From positions 6,341 through 70,340 of the forward strand of contig MHSA01000012.1 of the NCBI GenBank assembly GCA_001821135.1: DNA of 64,000 bases. Reading direction: 5' to 3'. The position numbers and the translations under genes are program-made. This DNA comes from Candidatus Taylorbacteria bacterium RIFCSPLOWO2_01_FULL_48_100. Lineage in GTDB: Bacteria > Patescibacteriota > Minisyncoccia > Phycocordibacterales > UBA10002. Positions 38,144 through 45,365 of the stretch are shown here, in pieces (the stretch's first letter is position 1; each line of letters opens with the position of its first letter). Below the pieces are notes generated by a model that was not told where the DNA came from, did not search any database, and saw nothing but the letters and a program-made list of their open reading frames with translations.

Positions 38144-38165
38144 TTTTCTAATTCGCGCGAATTAG
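38144..38165. promoter_or_regulatory. second copy of the arsR-associated palindrome (ttctaattcgcgcgaattagca)
   Basis: Read directly. Located downstream of arsR and upstream of the minus-strand tRNA-Leu. Confidence 0.4.
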
Positions 38166-38270
38166 CACATAGATTTGAGAGTGGATTTCATATAAATATA
38201 TTTGTGAATCTCTAAATTCAGAAATTAAAAACAAAGAAAGCACATACTGTATGCAGTGAGTCAAGTAAGA

Positions 38271-38354
38271 TGCCGGAGGAGAGAGTCGAACTCTCATGAT
38301 GTTGCCATCGCGGGATTTTGAGTCCCGTGCGTCTGCCGATTCCGCCACTCCGGC
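38271..38354 (-). tRNA. tRNA-Leu(CAA), class II
   Basis: Minus strand. Acceptor gccggag/ctccggc, anticodon loop cuCAAaa, long variable arm, T-loop ttcgact. Confidence 0.75.
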
Positions 38355-38460
38355 GCACCTTTAGTGTAGCCGAAATTGTCCACTGTGCAACTTTTCCTTT
38401 CTTGCATTATACTATTAGTATCCATTTGTAGATTAGTACAATTCGTATATTGGTATTTTT

Positions 38461-39438
38461 ATGAACCCAGAAAGTTTTCAGAACAATGCGGTGTTTTGGA
38501 TTGAGACGGACAAAATAAAGCCGAACCCGTTTCAGCCGCGCCGCGAGTTTGACCCCGAGAAACTCCGCGACCTATCCGAGTCAATCCGCGCGTACGGCGT
38601 GCTTCAGCCGCTCGTCGTAACACGCAAGGAGGTGGTGAAAGATGACGGGGGTATTGTTGTTGAATACGAATTGCTTGCGGGCGAGCGGCGCCTCCGCGCC
38701 TCAAAACTTGTCGGATTACCACATGTGCCGGCGCTTATCCGCGCGGGCGAAAACAGCGACCGCGAAAAGCTTGAAATATCCATTATAGAAAACCTCCAGC
38801 GCGAGGACTTGAACGCCGTAGAACGCGCGCGCGCGTTCAAGCGGCTTGCCGACGATTTCGGTTTTAAGCATCACGAGATAGGCACGCGAGTTGGTAAGAG
38901 CCGCGTGTATGTTACGAATACGATGCGGATTCTAGATTTACCAAATGAAATTCTTGACGCGGTTTCAAGCGGTATTATAAACGAAGGACACACCCGTCCG
39001 CTTTTAATGCTCGTAGATCGTCCAGAAGAGCAGACGGTTCTTTTTAAAGAAATCTCGGTGAAGAAGATTACTGTGCGCGAGGCGGAAGAGATTGCGCGGA
39101 AAATTGCCGTTGACCGTGCGCGGAAGAAAGATGTCACTGTTGACCCGGAGCTCGTGGCGATTGAAGGCAAGCTCCGCGAGTCGCTCGGAACGCGTGTGCA
39201 TATTGAAAAGCGCGAAAATGGCGGGAAGATTCTCATTGATTTCTTTTCAACTGATGACTTGCTCGCGATTCTAGCGATGCTGGAATCAAAGGAGAAACGG
39301 AGTCCCTCCGAAATGATTGACCGCCATCTTGCAAAAATGAAAGCGGAAAAGCCGCCAGTCGCGCAAGAAAATACCGAAAAAGACGAACCACAAGAAGATG
39401 AAGAAGAACTCTACTCCGTCCGCAATTTTACCGTTTAG
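38461..39438 (+). CDS. parB: ParB/Spo0J chromosome partitioning protein
   Basis: ParB box (GERRLRA) and HTH region. No parA gene adjacent. Confidence 0.85.
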   Translation: MNPESFQNNAVFWIETDKIKPNPFQPRREFDPEKLRDLSESIRAYGVLQPLVVTRKEVVKDDGGIVVEYELLAGERRLRASKLVGLPHVPALIRAGENSDREKLEISIIENLQREDLNAVERARAFKRLADDFGFKHHEIGTRVGKSRVYVTNTMRILDLPNEILDAVSSGIINEGHTRPLLMLVDRPEEQTVLFKEISVKKITVREAEEIARKIAVDRARKKDVTVDPELVAIEGKLRESLGTRVHIEKRENGGKILIDFFSTDDLLAILAMLESKEKRSPSEMIDRHLAKMKAEKPPVAQENTEKDEPQEDEEELYSVRNFTV

Positions 39439-39520
39439 TTTTTGCGATATAGACAGATTATATATATTATGCTAGGCTAATTATAGAAAAAACAAATCTT
39501 AAAATAAAGAGAGGTTAAGA

Positions 39521-39901
39521 ATGACTGTATTAGATTTGGCGAAACTACTCTTGGAAAAGCAAGGATGGACACATCAGAGATTATCGAAAGAGTGTGGCAC
39601 TAGCAGACAGAATATACAAAGATTAATTTCTGGAAAGCCGCGCAAAAAGAAAGGATTTTATTTGGGTGTTCTAAGTGCCGCGTTTCGTTATGGGCTTGAA
39701 GCTGAGGCGATACATGTGATTGTTGGTTCCACTAAAGCGTTGCCAAGTATTCTTCGCGCAGTAATTATGTATCCGGATATCACCCAAGAAGAACTCGCGG
39801 AAATTCGCGAAGCGGAGAAAATCACGCACATGTATTCATTGCCGATCGAAGTGATTAGTTCAATTGTTACAGCAAACCGTTTGAAGAAAAATAAAAAATG
39901 A
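39521..39901 (+). CDS. XRE-family HTH DNA-binding protein
   Basis: HTH (QRLSKECGTSRQNIQRLISG). AT-rich. Confidence 0.55.
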   Translation: MTVLDLAKLLLEKQGWTHQRLSKECGTSRQNIQRLISGKPRKKKGFYLGVLSAAFRYGLEAEAIHVIVGSTKALPSILRAVIMYPDITQEELAEIREAEKITHMYSLPIEVISSIVTANRLKKNKK

Positions 39902-40002
39902 TTTTTCAGAAACACACCGACGACCAGCAATGGCCGGCGGTTTTCTTTTATAAAGTTATAAACATGTATAGTTTTGTTCTGTTGCACAAGTAGTGCTATT
40001 CT

Positions 40003-40839
40003 TTGTGCATGGGTAGGATAAGAATAATTTTACAGAAAGATGTTCTAGAAAAGATGTATGTAAAAAAGAACCTAACGCCTGTTGAAATTGGGAGGCGATT
40101 GAAATGCAGTTTTAAGACGGTCCGCAATCGCCTAAAAGAATTCGGCATTCCTTTTAAAAATCCCGCATTAGCTCGAATGCGGTATCAAAAGTTTGATTGT
40201 ACACACGATCCATTTATTCGCTCGTACATGCTTGGATTTCGGCTCGGTGATTTGAATGTATATAAAAGGGGAGAACATTCGGAGACAATAGTCGTGCGTT
40301 GTCACACCACCCACAAAGCTCAAGTGTTGGTCATTCAATCATTATTTAATCCATTTGGCCGCGTTTCGGTAACACCTCGAGAAGAGCATTTTACAGTAAA
40401 TTGTTTTCTTAATCGGAGTTTTGAGTTTCTTCTTCCTAAAAACGAGCGGGTTTGGCAGTGGATAAAAGACGGTGATTCTGTTGCGCAGAGTTTCATTGCG
40501 GGTTATGTTGATGCTGAAGCCAATTTTATTATCAATCAAGGGCGTGCTCGTTTTAAAATTGATTCCTATGACTACGCAATATTAGAGTGGATATGTTCTT
40601 GGCTTTATAAGAAAAGCATTTCTTATAGTTACAGGTGCATTCGCAAGAAAGGACCATCGTGGAGAAATCAACCTCCTTTAAACGGAGATTTATGGCGGTT
40701 GAATATCAACGAAGCAGGTTCACTGGAAAGATTTATAAAAGAGATTTTTCCTTTTTTACGCCATGCGCATCGGATTAGGGATGTAAAAAAATGTATCACC
40801 AATATCAAATTAAGAAGAAAAAATGGCTCAATTAAATAA
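40003..40839 (+). CDS. LAGLIDADG homing endonuclease (double-motif) with N-terminal HTH
   Basis: Two LAGLIDADG-type motifs (SYMLGFRLGDLNV and SFIAGYVDAEANF). AT-rich. Overlaps the lepA start by 17 nt. Confidence 0.65.
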   Translation: MCMGRIRIILQKDVLEKMYVKKNLTPVEIGRRLKCSFKTVRNRLKEFGIPFKNPALARMRYQKFDCTHDPFIRSYMLGFRLGDLNVYKRGEHSETIVVRCHTTHKAQVLVIQSLFNPFGRVSVTPREEHFTVNCFLNRSFEFLLPKNERVWQWIKDGDSVAQSFIAGYVDAEANFIINQGRARFKIDSYDYAILEWICSWLYKKSISYSYRCIRKKGPSWRNQPPLNGDLWRLNINEAGSLERFIKEIFPFLRHAHRIRDVKKCITNIKLRRKNGSIK

Positions 40840-42622
40840 CATCAGAAATTTCTGTATCATAAGTCATGTGGACCACGGAAAGTCCACCTTGGCAGACCGA
40901 CTACTAGAGATTACCGGTACGATTGAGAAGCGCAAGATGCGCGCGCAGGTGCTGGATTCTATGGATCTTGAGCGCGAGCGCGGTATTACGATAAAGATGA
41001 CGCCTGTTCGTATGGCGTATCAGGAATACATTCTGAATCTTATAGACACTCCAGGGCATATTGATTTCTCGTATGAAGTATCGCGCGCTTTGCGCGCGGT
41101 TGAAGGCGCGGTGCTTCTTGTGGATGCAACACAAGGCGTGCAGGCGCAGACCATAACTGTGCTACACGCGGCGCAGGCGGCTGGGCTCACCATTATTCCA
41201 GTCGTGAACAAAATTGATTCGCAACTCGCGCGTGTTCCCGAAACGAAAAAAGAAATCGCGTTATTGCTTGGGTGCGGAGAAGGCGAGATTTTAGAGGTTT
41301 CTGGAAAAACTGGGCAATGGGTACCAGAACTTTTGGAGGAAGTTATCAAACGAGTACCACCCCCTCGCCCCGCCGACTCGGCACTCCCCCTTAAACAAGG
41401 GGGAGATGGATTTAGGGCACTTATTTTTGATTTTAAATATTCAAACCACGCGGGCGTTGTAGTGTACTGCCGAGTTTTTGGCGGCACGATGGCGAAGGGC
41501 GCGCGATTGAAGTTTGCCGCGGCGGGCAGAGAGTTCACCGTAATAGAAGTCGGCACCTTTTCGCCGGAAGAAACGGCTGCGAACGCGCTCTCGGCTGGAG
41601 AAATTGGGTACATTGTAACCGGTGTGAAGGAACCGGGTGTTGCGTCAGTCGGCGATACGGTAGTTGAGGTAAAGGGTTCGCTCTCTGCACTCCCTGGCTA
41701 TGCGCGCCCGAGCCCAGTCGTGTGGGCGAGCTTCTTTCCTGAAAGTGGAGACGAATTTAACGCGCTTCGCCACGCGCTCGGGCGGCTTCGTCTCTCGGAT
41801 TCTGCGTTTACTGCGGAAGAAGAGTCGTCGGGTGCCTTGGGGCGCGGATTCCGATGTGGGTTTCTAGGAATGCTTCATTTGGAAATAATTTCAGAGCGGC
41901 TTCGCCGCGAATTCAAAATAAATCTAGTTGTAACGCATCCATCTATCGCATATGAAGTACTAACGAAGCGCGTTAAGAAAATTACTGCGTACACCATTAT
42001 GCAGTTTCCTGAACACGGAGAGGTTGAGGAAGTTCGCGAACAGTGGGTGGCGGCGGAGCTCATTTCGCCGCCCGAATATCTTGCGCCCGTGATGCTCCTT
42101 CTCGGCAAGCACGAGGCGCGGGTTGGGGAGACCGAAAATATAGGCAACCGCTTCGTGGTGCGTTTTGAGGCACCACTCAGGGAACTTATGCGCGGATTTT
42201 TTGATGAACTAAAAAGCGTGTCGTCGGGTTTTGCATCCTTATCTTACCGCCTTCTCCGTGAGCTTCGGAAAGCAGATGTCGTAAAAATGGAAATCCTTGT
42301 TGCAGATGACCCTATGCCTGCATTTGGACGGGTCGTTTCGCGCCGCGCTGCAAACGACGAGGCGGAAGCCGTTGTGGAAAAACTATCAAAAATCCTCCCT
42401 CGCCAACAGTTTGAACTGAAAATACAGGCGCGCGTTGACGGAAAGATTGTCGCATCGCGGCGGCTCACTGCGCTCCGAAAAGATGTAACGGGTTACTTGT
42501 ACGGCGGAGACCGCACGAGGAAAATGAAGTTGTGGAAACAGCAGAAAGAAGGTAAGAAACGGCTTGCCGAGCGCGGGCGAGTAGAGATACCCGCCGAAGC
42601 GTTCGTGAAGATGCTTCAGTAG
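40823..42622 (+). CDS. lepA: translation elongation factor 4
   Basis: NFCIISHVDHGKSTLADRLL G-domain and the LepA-specific C-terminal domain. Confidence 0.9.
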   Translation: MAQLNNIRNFCIISHVDHGKSTLADRLLEITGTIEKRKMRAQVLDSMDLERERGITIKMTPVRMAYQEYILNLIDTPGHIDFSYEVSRALRAVEGAVLLVDATQGVQAQTITVLHAAQAAGLTIIPVVNKIDSQLARVPETKKEIALLLGCGEGEILEVSGKTGQWVPELLEEVIKRVPPPRPADSALPLKQGGDGFRALIFDFKYSNHAGVVVYCRVFGGTMAKGARLKFAAAGREFTVIEVGTFSPEETAANALSAGEIGYIVTGVKEPGVASVGDTVVEVKGSLSALPGYARPSPVVWASFFPESGDEFNALRHALGRLRLSDSAFTAEEESSGALGRGFRCGFLGMLHLEIISERLRREFKINLVVTHPSIAYEVLTKRVKKITAYTIMQFPEHGEVEEVREQWVAAELISPPEYLAPVMLLLGKHEARVGETENIGNRFVVRFEAPLRELMRGFFDELKSVSSGFASLSYRLLRELRKADVVKMEILVADDPMPAFGRVVSRRAANDEAEAVVEKLSKILPRQQFELKIQARVDGKIVASRRLTALRKDVTGYLYGGDRTRKMKLWKQQKEGKKRLAERGRVEIPAEAFVKMLQ

Positions 42623-42745
42623 TTAAAAGATGGGGGTGTAAAGCAGCACCATTGAAATGATAATCAGAAAACATACGACCGCCCAAATGATCCCGACTAT
42701 CTTTTTGTGTTTTTTATTGAGTAGCATGTGGTAGAGTATAACACA

Positions 42746-43132
42746 ATGCACCAATTTCGCACGAGAAAAACATTTCGCGATTTTTTGTATTCGCCTGTTG
42801 CAATCGCGCTTTTGGTTACGCTTGCGTTCTTTTTGGTGCGCATTGTGTGGGGTTCATTCGTCGGGTATCGTGAAGCCGCGCGCGCGCGAGTGGTGGCGGA
42901 AGCGCGCGCACTTGAATTAGAAACGGAGAAAACAAGAGCTTCGGTGCGCGCGGCCACGGCGGGGAGCGCGCGCGCTGCGGAGGAGGAGATACGGGAAAAA
43001 CTGCATATGGCTCTTCCTGGCGAGGAAGTGATTGTAATTACTGATGAAGAAGATTTCTCACGCGATGAAATACTTGCTGACGAAGAGACATTGTTGTGGC
43101 AACGGTTTGTAGATTGGGTTATAAATAGATAG
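42746..43132 (+). CDS. septum formation initiator FtsB/DivIC-like protein
   Basis: TM helix, coiled coil, and C-terminal EEIREKLHMALPGEEVIVI. Confidence 0.6.
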   Translation: MHQFRTRKTFRDFLYSPVAIALLVTLAFFLVRIVWGSFVGYREAARARVVAEARALELETEKTRASVRAATAGSARAAEEEIREKLHMALPGEEVIVITDEEDFSRDEILADEETLLWQRFVDWVINR

Positions 43133-43133
43133 T

Positions 43134-43204
43134 GCGGATATGGTTTAGTGGCAGAACAGGTGCTTCCCAAGCATCGGGCGGGAGTTCGATTCTCCCTATC
43201 CGCA
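43134..43204 (+). tRNA. tRNA-Gly(CCC)
   Basis: Acceptor gcggata/tatccgc, anticodon loop uuCCCaa, T-loop ttcgatt. Confidence 0.8.
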
Positions 43205-43256
43205 TAAGCGATTCTCGTTTATACTGTAACATATTTATTGGCGTAATTTTTAATTT

Positions 43257-43505
43257 ATGACGCAAGAAACAGTAACCATTTATTCAACGCCGTCGTGTGT
43301 ATATTGCAATTCGGCAAAGAAATTCTTCACCGAACGCGGTGTTGCGTACACTGAATACAATGTGGCGGACGACATTAAAAAGCGAGAGGAAATGACTGCA
43401 AAGAGCGGGCAGATGGGCGTGCCTGTAATCACAATCGGTTCACGCACAATTATAGGATTCAATCAATCGTTGCTTGAAGAGGCACTCGGAGGCGTGGTAT
43501 CGTGA
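43257..43505 (+). CDS. glutaredoxin/NrdH-like redoxin
   Basis: CVYC active site and thioredoxin fold length (82 aa). Confidence 0.8.
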   Translation: MTQETVTIYSTPSCVYCNSAKKFFTERGVAYTEYNVADDIKKREEMTAKSGQMGVPVITIGSRTIIGFNQSLLEEALGGVVS

Positions 43506-43598
43506 TGCAAACCTCCTATAGTTCAATAGATAGAACATCCCCGTCCTAAGGGGAAGATGTGGGTGCAATTCCTGCTAGGGGGATGCTATACTTATATT

Positions 43599-43874
43599 AT
43601 GTCTCCAGAAGAAAAAGCACTGCTTCTCAAGACCGCGGAGTTGGTGAAAGAAAATAATTCGCTACTCCGCAAGATGCGACGCGGCGCGCGTTTCCGCGCG
43701 GTTCTCCACGCTCTTTATTGGGTAGTTATTATCGGGCTTTCGTTCGGCGCATATTACTTTCTTGAACCCTACATCGCACAGGTGGAAAAAATCTATTCGG
43801 GCATCAGAGGCGATATAGACAATGTACGCGGCACGGCGGATACCATAGGCGACTTCGGGAAGTTGCTGCAATAA
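43599..43874 (+). CDS. hypothetical membrane protein
   Basis: One TM helix. Followed immediately by the copy 2 structured element. Confidence 0.4.
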   Translation: MSPEEKALLLKTAELVKENNSLLRKMRRGARFRAVLHALYWVVIIGLSFGAYYFLEPYIAQVEKIYSGIRGDIDNVRGTADTIGDFGKLLQ

Positions 43875-43880
43875 AAGACG

Positions 43881-44015
43881 CTCGGAATGCTGCTTTTGCA
43901 GAACCGGAAGATTTCCCCTGCGAGGAAATCTTCCTTATCCGCTCGCCTCGCTCTTCCTCGCAGACTCGGAATCCATGCCCGCTCGGCTCCTCGCCGTTCC
44001 GCAAAAGCACATTCC
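43881..44015. repeat. TIR-bounded structured element, copy 2 (short form)
   Basis: Near-identical to 23442-23556 plus the shared 3' arm. Outer stem ggaatgctgcttttgcagaac/gttccgcaaaagcacattcc. Confidence 0.7.
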
Positions 44016-44096
44016 TCACTCTCGTTATTTATTTCAACACTATTCCAATTAAACGCTATAGCAAGTAACTGGAATAGTTTACTCAATTCAACATAC

Positions 44097-44140
44097 ACTA
44101 TCTCTAGCAATCGCCAAAGATAGTGTATCCAATCATTTTG
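44097..44140. repeat. hairpin family X, copy 2
   Basis: tacactatctctagcaatcgccaaagatagtgta + attttgc. Confidence 0.5.
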
Positions 44141-44200
44141 CCTGCCCGCCGACGAGGAGGGCAAAATGTCTGTATATCCCGACATCCTCTTTGGCACCAG

Positions 44201-44232
44201 ATGTTGATGGTTTCAAACATCTGGTGCGTCTC
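44201..44232. repeat. hairpin family Y, copy 3
   Basis: caccagatgttgatggtttcaaacatctggtg. Confidence 0.5.
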
Positions 44233-44270
44233 GGGACATAGTTTATATTTTGTGATAACATATATTTAGA

Positions 44271-44566
44271 GCCGAGGTAGCTCAGTTGGTAGAGCGTCCG
44301 CCTGAAATCTTCGGGCCTTTCCGCCGCAAGGCGGATAGAAAAGCGGGTGAAATCGGGGAACATCCAATGACAAACAATCGGACAATCCCGAGCCAAGCTC
44401 GCCGAATAGGCGAGAAGGTGTAGAGACTATTCCTTTGGGAAGTACCCTCTTTTTAACAAAAGATGGGGAAGCGCCCGCCCCCTACTCCATCAAAGATGGA
44501 CGGGTGATGATATAGTCCAAATTATGGAAGAGCGGTAGGTCGGCAGTTCGATTCTGCCCCTCGGCA
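44271..44566 (+). tRNA. tRNA-Phe(GAA) interrupted by a group I intron in the anticodon loop
   Basis: 5' exon 44271-44303 (acceptor gccgagg, D-arm tagctcagttggtagagc, anticodon-stem 5' strand tccgc, loop cu|). 3' exon 44527-44566 (gaaga, anticodon-stem 3' strand gcggt, variable loop, T-arm ggcag-ttcgatt-ctgcc, acceptor cctcggc-a). Confidence 0.7.
44304..44526 (+). other. group I intron (~223 nt) within tRNA-Phe
   Basis: Contains group I core-like elements: P-like aaaagcgggtgaaa, Q-like aatcccgagc, R-like tagagactat, S-like gatatagtcc. The last 5' exon base is U, the intron ends in G, and an internal guide GGGC can pair with the exon end GCCU. Confidence 0.6.
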
Positions 44567-44600
44567 TTTGTAAAATTAGGAATTTTTTATAAAAACCACT

Positions 44601-44789
44601 ATGGCAAAAATTAACTGGGGTCAGGCGTCGGTTGACGGGCTAAATAAGACGGTGTTGGAGGAAAAGAAGAGATTGGAGTTGGAGCAAGAAAAAAGAAAAT
44701 TACATCTCTCGGCATCAAAATCTGATATTGAAACAGTCAGAAAAGTAATGAACGCGCTCGGTGTTAGTGTGGATGATTTGGTGAAGTAA
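44601..44789 (+). CDS. small hypothetical protein (coiled-coil, possibly DNA-binding)
   Basis: 62 aa, AT-rich. First gene of a tightly packed three-gene island. Confidence 0.4.
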   Translation: MAKINWGQASVDGLNKTVLEEKKRLELEQEKRKLHLSASKSDIETVRKVMNALGVSVDDLVK

Positions 44790-44793
44790 AAAT

Positions 44794-45339
44794 ATGCTTA
44801 ACAAAATTGATTTTGAAAATATAGTTCGGGATTTCTTATTTACATATAGGAAATTTCTATTCTACGCTTATTTGCACAAAAGGGTAAATCACGACGCATA
44901 CGAAGCAAACAGGATAACTTGGGATACCTTGCTTATTAGCTTAGAATCAGATGCATTACTTGGATTAGCAAAAATACTTTATGACAGGGAAAAAAGCTTG
45001 GGAAGGCCATTCAACGACGGCTCGGGAAAAACATTTAATAACGAAGAATTTAATAACGAAGAATTAAATGAGATTCGCAAAAAAATACTAAACCTGAGAC
45101 ATGATTACCTAGCTCACCAAAATTTATCGAAGATGCGTAATATGGATTCACTTTTGAAGGAAAACCGCTTGACAGGTACAGATGGCGTGAAAATGATCGA
45201 TGCGCTTAAAAGTAGGTTCATTCAATATGAAAAAAATCTTAAGCTCGATGTCAATGTGCAAAAACTATTTACCGAAAGCCAAAATAATGCGCTTAACGAC
45301 CTTGATAGTTGGTTGAAATCTTTTAAGACAGCGCTGTAA
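44794..45339 (+). CDS. hypothetical protein with HEPN-like R-x5-H motif (Abi-like candidate)
   Basis: LRHDYLAH fits the Rx4-6H HEPN signature. 181 aa, AT-rich. Confidence 0.4.
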   Translation: MLNKIDFENIVRDFLFTYRKFLFYAYLHKRVNHDAYEANRITWDTLLISLESDALLGLAKILYDREKSLGRPFNDGSGKTFNNEEFNNEELNEIRKKILNLRHDYLAHQNLSKMRNMDSLLKENRLTGTDGVKMIDALKSRFIQYEKNLKLDVNVQKLFTESQNNALNDLDSWLKSFKTAL

Positions 45340-45365
45340 GTAGAGACAATTTTAGAAATAGATTT

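Noticed and set aside
45030-45075. Short tandem duplication aacgaagaatttaataacgaagaattaaat
   Set aside because: In-frame codon-level slip (NNEEFNNEEL) within the 181 aa ORF, not a repeat element.
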